From assembly GCA_001179505.1 (NCBI GenBank), contig CDMY01000501.1, positions 1-63,796 on the forward strand: DNA of 63,796 nt. The letters run 5' to 3'. This document shows, piece after piece, positions 25,461-36,909 of this stretch. How positions within the stretch are numbered: position 1 is the first letter of the stretch; every line of letters begins with the position of its first letter. Position numbers and translations under genes: made by a program. Source of the stretch: Vitrella brassicaformis CCMP3155. Taxonomy: Eukaryota > Protista > Chromerida. Under the pieces are notes generated by a model. That model saw nothing but the letters and a program-made list of their open reading frames with translations. It ran no database searches and was not told the origin of the DNA.

Positions 25461-26833
25461 ATGGCCAGCCTGAGGTGCTACGACGAATACAATGCCGCCC
25501 GGGCAGAGCTGGAGAGCGTCCGCAGCAAACTCAAGTGAGCACACGATGCTGCGCAAAAGGCCCGGCAAGATGACACTGGGCTGTCTCTGTGTCATCCATC
25601 CATCTTTCAGGGCGGCGATCACGCAATTGCAGATGGCGGCGTCCTGTGAACGCTTCGAAAGGTCGATGGAGGAGATCCTCCCGAAGATGGAGCAGGCCAA
25701 GTGCGGCCCACGTCAGCCTGGACGGACTAGCGAGGGGGGGAAAGACTCGCGCCGGGACGCTGGTGGTGGTGGTGGTGATGCTCCGCCGGCAGTCGGGGCA
25801 GATGAGTCGGACGGTGAAGAGGACGCGGTTGACGGAGGTGGCAGTCTCTCGCTGCCGCCACTGAATGCCGGTAGGCAGAGCGGGAAGGAGGACGGTTGTA
25901 TGTTCGTTTGGATGGATGGATGGATGGATGGATGGATGGGTGGATGGATAGTTGTAGCGCTTGGTCTACTGGTGGTGCTGGTGGGGATGAATGCGTTAAT
26001 CGAGCAGGCAAGCTGTATGATTCATGCCATTCATTCCTGACTTGTTTTGTTTGGTACATATCATATGCGTCTGTCTGTATGCAGCTGTGCCAGTCGAATC
26101 GCCACGGCACGGATGCATACATGTTGGTACGGATGCCGTGTGTGTCAATTGGAGAATCATCGAATGCCACATATGGTTGAGTATTGGATGGATTGCAGTC
26201 ACATATCTCGGGCAGCTCTGGCCTGACGATTGACCAACGCATTTCTCTGCACGGCTGGCTGGTTCGTCCCATCTACCGGTACGCAGGCAGCCGTACACAC
26301 ATGTGCTCGACCGACATGAACAACCTGGTGCTCTGTGATAGGTCTTCCCGCGACGGCACCTCTTATGCCGATATGCTCCGCTGTGTGGGCGACAACACGA
26401 GTCGCATAGTGTTTATCATCTGGAAGGATCAGTACGTCTTCGGCTGTTACATCAGTGGCGGCCTGCGGCTGCCCGACGACCACAATGGCGTGAAAATGCA
26501 ATGGTGCGATGTGTGGTATTTCTCACTGGCCGGGCACTTCGCCAGGCCGACCATGATCGACCTACGAGGCCGAGGGTGGCAGTTTGTGGAGGTGGCGGGG
26601 AGAGGGGGGCTGTAGATGGCTGTGCGAAGGTATATGTGGGTGGGCATCTGTATTTGGGCTGCGATGGCACTGGTCGGCCTGCTGCCGACATCCGCCGCTG
26701 TCGTCAGTTCACCCTCAGCAGCCATGTACCTTACGGTTACACGGGAAAGAAGAACCAGCATGGCCATGCGGTGCTGGGTGGGTCGACTGAGTTTCATGCT
26801 GACGATATAGTGATATTGCACGTTGGGCAGTGA
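25461..26833 (+). pseudogene. TLDc-domain gene of an expanded lineage family, with an apparent 1-nt frameshift near 26604
   Basis: DRSSRDGTSYADMLRCVGD..VFIIWKDQYVFGCYISGGL..CDVWYFSLAGHF in one frame continues as GAVDGCAKVYVGGHLYLG..PAADIRRC..GGSTEFHADDIVILHV* in another; the switch falls in an AGAGGGGGG run. Confidence 0.75.
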
Positions 26834-26947
26834 GACAGTGAGGGAGAGAAATAGGTGGGGCTGTATGTGGTTCTTGTCGTCGAGTTTAATCCGGGATGTG
26901 GTGTCTTATATTTTTTCTCTTTTCTGTTTCTGTTCCCTCTCTCCTCT

Positions 26948-27010
26948 GTCACGTTCCCTCTCGGCTCTGTCCCGTTCCCTCTCGGCTCTGTCCCGTTCCC
27001 TCTCGGCTCT
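26948..27010. repeat. Tandem repeat, ~22-bp unit x3
   Basis: CGTTCCCTCTCGGCTCTGTCC repeated three times. Confidence 0.9.
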
Positions 27011-27341
27011 TTCTGACTTTATAGATCCTGTGTTTTTGTAGTATATGTCGAAGTCCAGTGTCGGACGCAATGTCTTTACGAGCTGCACGAGACGCGATTG
27101 TATAGACGTCAAACCAAACATGCATCTTTTCGCCTTTGTTCCTTAACTCGAGTACAGGGCCACCCATGTGCGTGTGCTGTTTTCAATCGACCGGTCGGTC
27201 CTTAGTGAGCGCGCATTATATGAAGCCCGTGTTGGTGACTTTTGTGCCGGTGTGAACCTCAGTCTGACAGGAAAAAGTCTTACATCTCCGGAAGTTAACT
27301 GTCGTCCATCCCAAGAGCAGCCCCCTGTGAGCAGCCCCCTG

Positions 27342-27420
27342 TCTGTTTGTTTCCATTGTTCTGCCTTTGTGCGTGTGTGTGGGACACATGCACAAAGGCT
27401 GAAGAATGGAAACAGACAGA
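27342..27420. repeat. Inverted repeat / stem-loop, 37-bp arms, 5-nt loop
   Basis: 27342-27378 vs reverse complement of 27384-27420: 33/37 identical; two of the four differences are G.U compatible on the + strand. Confidence 0.9.
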
Positions 27421-27663
27421 TATGGGGCTGCACTCAAGCACTATGTACAGCCATAGTTCGTTGGGTACGACAAATAAACCACCAACCGTCCACCTACAAA
27501 ATGTCCATGTGGTCGGCCCATACTCCCTCCCTCCCTCCATCCCTCCCTCCCTCCACATACATCAATCCTGTCCACATACACAGATCAGCCATATCACATC
27601 GCAAGGGGCAACGGGACCCCCACACCCCAAGGCATTGATTGCGTCATGCCTCCATCTCTCCAT

Positions 27664-28693
27664 CTACTGGAAGCTGAAAGACGCGAAGCCCGTCACATCG
27701 TCCCGCGGCAGCACCTGACTGCTGACGGCATACGACAGCAGCCGGCCGCCACTCATCCCCAGACACCGCGCAACCTCCATCGTCAGCACGGTGGCGTGCA
27801 GCCCGCACATGCTGCACTGCGTCCTCTGCTGCTGCTCCACCACACGCTGCGCATCGAAGCTCTTGACAGCGGACAGCACCGGGCCGTCCTGCGATTGAGT
27901 GTACGCCAGCAACTCCGCTGCAGACACAGACCCATGTTGCCGTTGTGGTCGGCCAGACGGCAGCTCGCCATAGCCGGCGCCAGCGTGTGTGAAGTCTGTG
28001 GTGCCGATAACGACGACCGTTCGGGGGGTTTGGCGGATGCAGCTGGCGATGCGCTGGGCCCACTGTGGGGCTGAGGTGAGGTCCAAGGCGCTGCTGACGA
28101 GCAGCGGGGCGATGTGCAAGTTGTGGGAGCCGCAGACTTCGTGCAGGAACGGCAGCTGGTTCCTGCAGACGGACACAGCCAGAGAGGCAGATACAACCAG
28201 CCCATCCATCCATCCATCCATCCACATTCAGCCACTCACTGACTCACTCTATGCTGTGTTCTTGGTCATGGTAGAGCTCTGCAACTGGGATCCCCTGCTG
28301 CGTCAGTCGGCTGATGAGCCCTGCGTCGGGGTGGAAAGTGCCAAAGGGAAGGAGCCAGGGCTGGGCGCTGAGGCAGAGGGGCGGGGCGGGCCGGTGGCTG
28401 GTGCCGATCATGAGGGCCGTCTGTGGGCAGACGGCCGTGAGATGGGCAGCAGAGCTCAGCGCCGCATAGCCGCACGCCGTGACAGGGCCCGCGTCGCACA
28501 GCGCCCCGTGTGGCACCAGCAATGCGACCGGGAAGTCCGCACCCGGTGCTGCGTTGTCAGGGTCGCTGGCGTGGCGTTGAGAGGGAGGGATGCTGCCTGG
28601 GCCGAATGTGGGGTGGTTGAAGCAGAAGGAGATCTCTTCTTGGAGGAGCGTGGGGTCGGCGCTGAAGTACTGGCAGAGCGGGCGGCGCATCAT
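27664..28693 (-). CDS. MEMO1: MEMO1 / AmmeMemoRadiSam protein B family; start uncertain
   Basis: VPHG, IGTSH, DQEHSIENQLPFL, TTDFTHAG and SMCG match the MEMO family His/His/His/Cys motifs; one phase-2 intron at about 28164-28247. Confidence 0.85.
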
Positions 28694-28937
28694 AGGACGG
28701 AGGCGGGCGATTGGCGGGAGGGGCAGGGTGTACTCGTCAAACTCGTCGGCAAGGTGGATTGGAGGAGAGATCCCAAAAGCAGCACGCAGAGTGTTCAGCT
28801 GTGATGGAGAAGCGCTCCTTCCCCCTCCCCTCGGTCGCCTCCCCCTGCGACCATTGCCCTGCGAGCTTAGCTTCGAGATCTGGCCTGCGTTCTGGGGAAC
28901 AGCGAAGGGCCGCACTGCATCCCCTCTCGCTGCAGCA

Positions 28938-30415
28938 ATGAAGCTTTCATCCGGCATCCTACCCCTGCTGCCATTATTCATCGCGGCAGCAACTGACGCC
29001 TTTACCCCTCCTACCCACCGCAGTCAGTCCCCACCTCAGTCGTCCTTCTTGCGCCACCAATGGCGGCGGCCACGCCAACCACCAAGAGCCCATCCTCCGC
29101 TGTGTATGCGGTCTCAGGGGATGCTTGAGTTCCCTTCGTCGTGGAGCGAGGGAATGGACTTCAGGTTCTTCCCCGTGTTTGCAGAGGAGCTGTCCAATGA
29201 GGCCATACCCCTCATGCTGGGGTTCGAGGACACGCTGACCTTCCAGGTTTGGTGCGTGTTTGTGCAGTGCGGTGCACTCGGACGGGCAGACAGACAGACA
29301 GACAGACAGGTGGATGAATGGATGAGTGTGTGTTGTGCATCGATGGCTTGTGGCTCTGTCTGTCTGTCGCCTGTAGGGTCCGAACATCGACAGTGAGTTC
29401 GACAAGATCGTCCGCACGCCTGAGGACGTCTTCGGCGTCTGCTTCTTCCACCCACAGAGCATACAGGTCCTCCCTCTCGCCGTATACGCAAAGGTAAGTA
29501 AGGTGGGTTGGGTGAGGTCACTCACACACACACTCAGGCACACACACAGCCACAGCCATCGTTCGCCCACACTCGTCCATCACACACGACACGATTGCGT
29601 CACTGGCTGGCAGGTGTTGGAGAAGACGCCCTTTGAGGTGGACGGCCAGACGGTACTCAACGTCAAGGCGCGAGTGGTGGGGCGAGTCATGATCGAGGCC
29701 GTCAAGCAGAAACAGCCCCACATCATTGCCAACGTCACCAAGATCGAAGACAAAGAGGGCCTGGTGGACCCTGAAACCGCCAAGAAGATCATCGACGAGC
29801 TCATGAGGTAGGTGGGGAAGCAAGAGGGCGTTGAAGGACCGACCGGATGTGCACATGGATGGATGTGTGTGTGTGTGCAGGTTGCACGATCAGTGCAACG
29901 AGGTGGAGGCCGAGCTTATGGACAGGTTTAACAAGCCCTTCACGGCCATGAATATCCGCCTGCGGCCCTCCGCACAAGAGACCATCGACACGCGCACCGC
30001 CGACATGGCCATCGACCCCATCAGCGATTTGCAGTCGTACGTGCAGATCTCCTCGATGCTCATGATGGAGCACCACCTACTCACGGCCGACAAGTACGAC
30101 GCCATGTGCATGACCAACACCGAGGACCGACTGAGGTTCATTCGCGACAAGCTGCGGCAGAAGCAGAAGGAGCTGTTGCTGCTCAAGAAGACGCCGCAAG
30201 AGGAGGTCGAAAAGGCCATGAAGGCCATGCAGGAGCAGCTGCAGGCGCTGCAGCAGCAGCAAGCTGGTGGGGCGGGGGGAATGGGCGGGGCACAAGGGCA
30301 GCCAGCAGAGGGGATGAGCGGGGTTAGTGGACCAGGAACAACGGCAGACGAGAGGCCAGTGAGTCCGCCTGGCGCAATGGGCGGCCCAGGACAGGCAGGC
30401 GGACCACTGATCTGA
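28938..30415 (+). CDS. Lon N-terminal (substrate-binding)-like domain protein, predicted plastid-targeted
   Basis: Signal peptide MKLSSGILPLLPLFIAAATDAF plus an R/S/P-rich transit-like region; four exons; FGVCF, VVGRVMI, PHIIANV and EDRLRFI resemble LON_substr_bdg by eye. Confidence 0.7.
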
Positions 30416-30666
30416 TCAATCTGAAGGGATCGGCGGATGGATGGACGAGTGGATGGATGGGCGTGTGATGTGAGCGATGTGCGAACTTTTTCATTATGCG
30501 TGTGACTTACATGACTGACATGACCGATTTAAATATATAAGGCTTCATTCATTCATTCATCGCCTTCCTTCATGCACTCATGCAGCAATCTGTATGTCAT
30601 CTCATCAATCCATCGAGAGTCACGTCAGGGCCACGAAAAAGAAGGAAACGTCCCACACAACATCCC

Positions 30667-31639
30667 TCAACCGCCCCTAGCTAGCCTCGGCAGCTCCTTT
30701 CTCGCGCGCTGAGCCTCGAGCGCCCCGGGCTCCTTCTTGGACGCCACGACCATGTACTGTGTCTGCGCGTGACGTCGCCTCAGCTGAAGGATATCCACGC
30801 CACTCTGCTGCACGATTCTCTCTACAGGCCGGTTGTAGAAACACCCGTCTTTTCTGAACCGCTGCTTCATCGACAGGCTGAGCCAGGTGTTGATCAGGGC
30901 AGAACTCCCACAGCCGTGCTCGAGAAGCAAGAGCTTTCCGCCCGATTTCACGACTCTCGCCATCTCGCGGACGGCCTCGATGGGGTCCTCCGCCTTGCAG
31001 AGGCCGAACGCACAAACGACGCAGTCGAAGCTGTCATCGGGGAAGGGCAGCATCCCTGCAGCATCGCACTGGCAAGTTTCCACCCTCAAGCCCTCCAGCA
31101 CCTGCCGGCTCCTCTCCCTAGCAATCTGCAGCACCTCCCCGTCCACATCGGTCAGCACCAGCTCCTCGATGCTGGCCTTGTCGTAGTGAGGGAAGTTCTC
31201 GCCCTTCCCCACACACACCTCCAGCACCCGGCCAGTCGCCTGTCCACACAGCTCCCCTCTCCACTGGTCGAGGCCTATCGACTGCATCAAGGTAAGTGGG
31301 GCGGCGGCGTCTATGGCGGCGACGGCAGGAGGGATGAACCTGGAGAGGCCCCTTGGCTGCTGTGACGATGATTGGCTGATGCGGGCCTTCCTCTGTTCCT
31401 CTCGGATGTCTTGACGGATGGCCTTCTCCTCCCGCTGCCAATCGGCGTATGGCTTTTTCCACGCGAGAGCCACACCTGCACCAGGCACACACAAACACAC
31501 ACACACACACACATAGCAAACGCAACCATGGAGCAGACAGATCGTACGATGACCATCCGGTGCTCATCTGCCTGACTGCCTGGTTACCTGCGCCGGCCAC
31601 GGATGCGAAGGCGATGGCCCGTGTGACAGAGATCGGCAT
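30667..31639 (-). CDS. Class I SAM-dependent methyltransferase (Methyltransf_11; OMS1/METTL7-like) with an N-terminal hydrophobic anchor
   Basis: GRVLEVCVGKGENF (motif I), LVLTDVD, CDAAGMLPFPDDSFDCVV, EMARVVKSGGKLLLLEHG; exon 1 MPISVTRAIAFASVAGA is spliced in frame. Confidence 0.88.
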
Positions 31640-31961
31640 CGCCTCACATGAATGGCAGGGCGACGGGGCATCGGTTCTTCATTGCTGCGAAGAGGGCGGT
31701 CCCTAAGAGGTGCCTTCGTTGGTTGGTTATTGTGTTTAACGAGACTCGTGTCTGTAACCCCGAGGGGATCCTGTCCACTAAACTAGCAACATGCAACGCA
31801 CAGAAGCATGCACCTATGCCGACTAGTATTGTGCCGGCCGCCTTCGGCGGCCGTGGATCCCGAGGAGCTCAAGCTGGAGCGGGCAAAGTAATAAGGTTGA
31901 CAACGCCACCACGGCGCACGTCTTTATAGGTTCTGCAACAGAAGCCTGAAGCCGCTCGGTT

Positions 31962-32190
31962 GGGGTTCAGGGTTTAGGGTTTGAATGTCCCATTAGCCCA
32001 GATCTTGATCGAATTGCACTATGCTCGCGAGATACCGTGCCGCGCGACTCGAGAAGCACACCATTCGAACCACCAGCGGGCGGTTGACATCGCCATGAAG
32101 CCAAAAAGGAAACCCTAAATGTGCACCTTTAGGGTTTCCTCCGTCGTTAGCTAGTGGGGAGATCTCCCAAACCCTACACCCAAACCCTTT
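31962..32190. promoter_or_regulatory. Cluster of telomere-like (AAACCCTA/TAGGGTTT) motifs in a divergent intergenic region
   Basis: GGGTTCAGGGTTTAGGGTTT near 31963-31982, AAACCCTAAA/TTTAGGGTTT at 32110-32137, CCAAACCCTACACCCAAACCCT near 32167-32188. Regulatory role inferred. Confidence 0.45.
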
Positions 32191-32290
32191 CGTCCACCCT
32201 TACCCGAAGCGTGAAAAGAGGATGTTGACCTCATGTTTCCCCGGCAGCGCCCAACGGATTTGATGCGGCTTTCCCGGTGGGCATCAAGGT

Positions 32291-33686
32291 GTGCTGCTGA
32301 GTCCCAACGTGTGCGGGACGGCGGCACATGTCGTGTTGTGCGACGCCGACGTCGACGGTGCAGCTGTTACGTACGGTGAAGGCTCTCATGAGATCAAGGA
32401 GTACTACATCCACAAGCACTATCTCTCTGAGGGCCATCCCGACATCGCCATTGCCACGCTGCAGCAGAATGCCTCTCCCCGCCGTCAGACATCCATCTGT
32501 TACGGCCTGGATATCGGGGTGCAGCTGGAGGCGCAGGAGATCGTCACTGAGGAAGGCGCGTCAGCCGAGTACCAGTACAGCCGTCGGTTTGGTGGCGTGG
32601 TCTGCGGCGTGAACAAGAAGGATGATGGCACGGTGTCGTTCCTGCAGCTGTCGGGCATCAGCTCAAAGCCGGGTGACTCGGGGAGCCCGCTGTCGGTCAA
32701 GGACAAGGGGGCGGTGGGCGCCATCGTCCACGGCCTGTCGGCGCATCGCAACCGAGGCGTCCGCCATCGTCAGGACCCCGAGGAGACCGCTCAAGTGTAT
32801 CATCAGCTATTCGTCTGCCCGCTGGACTCACTGCGGGAGCCAACGGGAAACTTCCTGCACGTGCCGCGCTCCTTCCTGCGAAAGGCGCCGTCGGCATCTA
32901 GGTATTCTCTCATGCAGTGCATCGAGGAGCTTCCCGTCGGCTTCTTCGATGCAACGAACCGGCAGACATCGCTTCGCGACTACTTCGACGCGCACGCCCA
33001 ACCGTCAGCAGACCCCTCTAAGATTTCCATGCCAGCCCCCCAGCAGCAGCCTCCGACCATACCTGACGGTACACCCGACTGGGTGCAGCCACTGGTGCAG
33101 GCGATCACACAGCCACTGGTGCAGTCGATGACACAGGGGTTCGCCGCCGTGGACAAGGGGCTCGCCGCCGTGGACAGGCGTTTGGCGACGATAGAGGGCG
33201 ATGTGAGGGACTTGCGACAACGAGCGACAGGGTACGACAAGCGCACAACGACAGCGCCCTCAGCGATCGCCAACGACATGAAGTCCGCCATCACCCACCA
33301 CGTGAGGGCGGGCGAGATAGTGCTGCAGGGGGAGGTCGGTCAAGGAGGGGCTCAAGGGCAGCAGGCTGGCTTGCAGCGAGTGGGAGACTCGCAGCAGGAG
33401 CTTGATGAGGAGGAGATCCTCGGCTGGACCATCGGCAACTTCATCCGCGACCTTGTGGACAGCCTCAGCCGCCCTCAAGCACAGGTATGTACGTAAGCAG
33501 GCAGACTTACACGGGAAGGAACAGCAGTGGGTGGAGTAGTGCGAAGGGATGCATGTGTCATTGTGTGTGTGTGGGTGTGGGTGTTGTGTTGTGTTGTTGT
33601 TGTGTATTGTGTGCGCGCAGGACATCCAGCTGACTGCGAAGTGGATCAAGTGCCAGCAGCTGGCTGTAGCTGCAGCTGAGCTGTAG
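32291..33686 (+). CDS. Trypsin-like serine protease domain plus coiled coil; 5' end disrupted or non-AUG
   Basis: Catalytic-triad-like motifs GTAAHV, HPDIAI, PGDSGSPL; a 1.19-kb intron-free exon, then an intron 33485-33620 and a last exon DIQLTAKW..AEL*. The in-frame ATG at 32222 is separated from it by TGA at 32261. Confidence 0.65.
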
Positions 33687-33975
33687 TGTGTGGTGAGGGC
33701 TGGGCGGCACGAGGGGGTGATGCGGTGAGTTGGGTGTTCGTTGGCTGGCGATTGACTGATTGACTCATTGGCAATGGACGACCAGACATTCAATGGTTGT
33801 TGTGCACGGCGGGCATCCGCTGCATGCCACTGTCCACGGCGTCATCTGCAAATGGCCAACCACAGATCCACACACGCAGACGTACACGCCTCGCTATTCA
33901 TATTCCTGTGACAGAGTAGGGTTTAAACCCAAACCCTAGACCCTATGTTTGCCGACTACCTTCCCTTTCCGTGTG

Positions 33976-34540
33976 TGTGCGGCAGCTACCGCACCGCTGT
34001 CGGCAATGGAGGATGAGTTCAACCGCGCCAAACAGCGGCTCGAGAAGAGGCAGCAAAGGGGCCGACAACGTGCCCGCCGGGAGCACCAGCACGCCATGCA
34101 CAAGAAGCGCAGCATCAACTCCAGCATTATGCCCTCATCAGCGACGGTGATGGTGGTCTGTCTTATTCTGCTGACAGCGGAGGGCTGCCGGCCATCGCGG
34201 TGTCTGCCTTTGTCGCGCCGCCCGTCCGCCTCTCCCGCGCCACCAAACACACAGGTGTGGCCTCTCAGATGAGAGCCGTCAAACCGCCAACCAAGGTGAC
34301 TGAATGACATCTATGTCGCCACACACACATGCACACTGATGAATGGCTATCTGTCGGTCTGTCTGTCTGTCTGCAGCCATTGGCTGAGCAGCGGATGGCT
34401 GAGGTGGACCGGAGGCTGGGGACCTTCGAGGAGAACCCTCGCTTCATGGCCGAGTACAGCAAATTTCAGGGGCTTAAGGAGACCAAAAGACGCCTCATCC
34501 TGCAGCAGAAAGGTGCGTATGGACGCCACACACGCACGAG
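33976..34540 (+). repeat. Chimeric dispersed repeat, copy C; 88-codon ORF 34006-34272
   Basis: Near-identical to copy B; the ORF begins MEDEFNRAKQRLEKRQQ as in the gene at 19075. Confidence 0.9.
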
Positions 34541-35103
34541 CCTCTGAACACACTCCATTCGCCATTGCATAGGAGTGAGTCTGCTCTCTTCCACGATGGG
34601 TGCAGATCCGTCGTGGAAGGCTGCCCTGAGAGAGGCCGGTTCGTTAGCATTTCTTGCCCTCTTCGCCTGCGTCGGTGCGGTCTCACGGACCGTCCTCCTT
34701 GTCACCTTCCTCGAGTGGGCCTTCCTCCCCGAATACGCGAATATGAGTCTTGTAGAAATGGCTCCCCGTGCTGCAGAACCGTTGAAAGAACTGTTGCAAC
34801 TACCTCTTGGTGTGTATGCGGTATGTGTGTGGGTGGGTAGTAGAGGGGGGGACTGTACAGTAGTAATCAAAATGATAGATCGAAGTCAGATTTGACTGGC
34901 AAGGACGTGCGCCGAAATGGTCACTCTTCCGTTTGCTCGTAAGGGAAGGGAACGGACTGACATGTGGGGTGAAGGGTGTCGGTCAATGCCGTGCAGGCCA
35001 TGTGAGTCAAATCGACACAGACCGACCGACGACTCCCACGCAAACCGCACTCAGCACACGCACACGAAAACACTCAGCCGGTCGCTGGATCGGTCAGTGG
35101 GCC

Positions 35104-36873
35104 TCACTCTCGTCGCGGTATCGACAGCTCCATCCCGTCCCACGCAGCGATCACACGCGGCCCCGGATCCCCGTTGCCACTGACTCTGTCTGCCGCCCAT
35201 GCCCGCCTCTCGTCTGTATGGTCCCACTCGCTGAGCACCTGGCTGGCTTCTCGCTCCAACTGCATCATCGTCTGCACCGATGCAATGGAGCTGTCGCCCT
35301 TGTACCGCTGCGAGAAGTGCGTCAGCACCAGACGACGCGCTTCGATGGAGCGGGCGAACCTGACGAGCGAAGAGACAGGCGCACAGTCAGACGGCTCGTT
35401 GGATGAGCTTTTCAGCTGACCTGGCGGCCATGGTGGGTGTGGAGTGCCCTCTGTCGAAGGTCTGTCTGTCCAGCTGCTGCCGCAGTCCCGCCCAGTCTGC
35501 GGCCTCCCACTCATTGATGGGCAGGGCGGTGTCGATGTCATCCGCCGACAGTGGTGGGTCGTCTGGGTCGGTTCCCGGCGCGGCTGCCGCGTCCTTGGCC
35601 ACGAGCGAGTTGGTGCACTCGTGGACCTGGTCACATGGGATAAGAGGGCACGCACGTGTGTGTGTGGAGTGGGGCTGGGGAGCTTACGAGGAGGTCTGCG
35701 TCTTTGGCCAGCTCTGCAATCGCCGACGAGTCGCAGCTGTCCTGCCAACACACACACAGACAGAGACACGGACAAGCAGACAGACAGACAGACAGACACT
35801 CTCTCTCCCTCTATCTGTGTGTGTGTGTGTGTGTGTGTGCGTGTGCGTGTGCGTGCCTGGCATATGGCGACTTTCCGCCCCTCCCGCGATCGGGGCACGA
35901 CCTCCTCGGCCGACACCACCGTGCCGTCAGGGAAGCGGTAGGCCTCACCGGCACCCAGAGACTTCAACCTCTACACACACACACACACACACACACAAAA
36001 GGAGAGAGAGATGGGCAACTCTCTCTGGTGAATGTGGTTAGTGAGTGGGATCGGTCACTCGACCACTTACCCACCCACTTACCTGTATGATTTTCTTGGG
36101 GTTCTTGCCGGGGTACATTTGCCTGAGCTCCTCGGCGTTCCTCTCGATGATGGGGAATATCACGTCGGTGTCGACACGGCCGGGGCGCGACTTCTCCTCG
36201 ATCACGTAACCGACCGTCGGCACCGTGTGCTGCATTCCATTGGAGAGGCTCGTGTGTGTGTGTGTGTGTCGGGGGGTGTCATGGCACTGACTCGTAGTGG
36301 TGCAGCGGACACAGTGACATGAGGGAGGTGGAAGAGTGTGTAGGTGCCGTTTGTGTGGGGGTAGATGTCGTCGCCGCCGTCGATCTCGCGGGGGAAGCTG
36401 ACATGCACACATACAAACATACGTCGCACACATGACACAGACAGGTCTGTGTGTGTACGGTGTCTGTCTGTCTGTCTGCTGAGTGAGAGACTGACTTGTA
36501 TGCCTTGACGGGTCGTGGCGGCCGATACCTGCACACACACACACAACAATGGGCAAACACCTACCTCTTTTGCCTCGTATCTGTCTGTGCTGTGTTGTGC
36601 TGTCCTGTGTTGTGTTGTGTGACGGACCCACCATCTGTCGTGCAGGTAAGGGACGCCCTTAAGCTCGTGTACGCGCCAGTAGCCGCACTTCTTCACATTC
36701 GACAGCTGCACACAACACATCAACGAACACACACAGACAAAGGACCAGCCTCTGATCAATGGACAGGTGGAGAAAAGCTCCCCCACCACCCACCCATAGA
36801 GCGGCCCTGAGGTGGTTCCTCAGCCCCTCTGGCCCATAGATCTCCAACGGCACCTCGCGAGTCGCACTGGCAG

Positions 36874-36909
<36 letters not shown>

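Noticed and set aside
28310-28345. Hammerhead-like CTGATGA...GAAA core
   Set aside because: Stem III and the cleavage triplet cannot be formed, and it lies antisense within MEMO1 coding sequence.
32261-32263. TGA as selenocysteine in the protease ORF
   Set aside because: No SECIS element was identified, and the position is not a redox motif; a nonsense mutation or an unseen upstream exon is simpler.
34575-34895. 106-aa hydrophobic ORF after repeat copy C
   Set aside because: No splice or homology support and a weak codon pattern.
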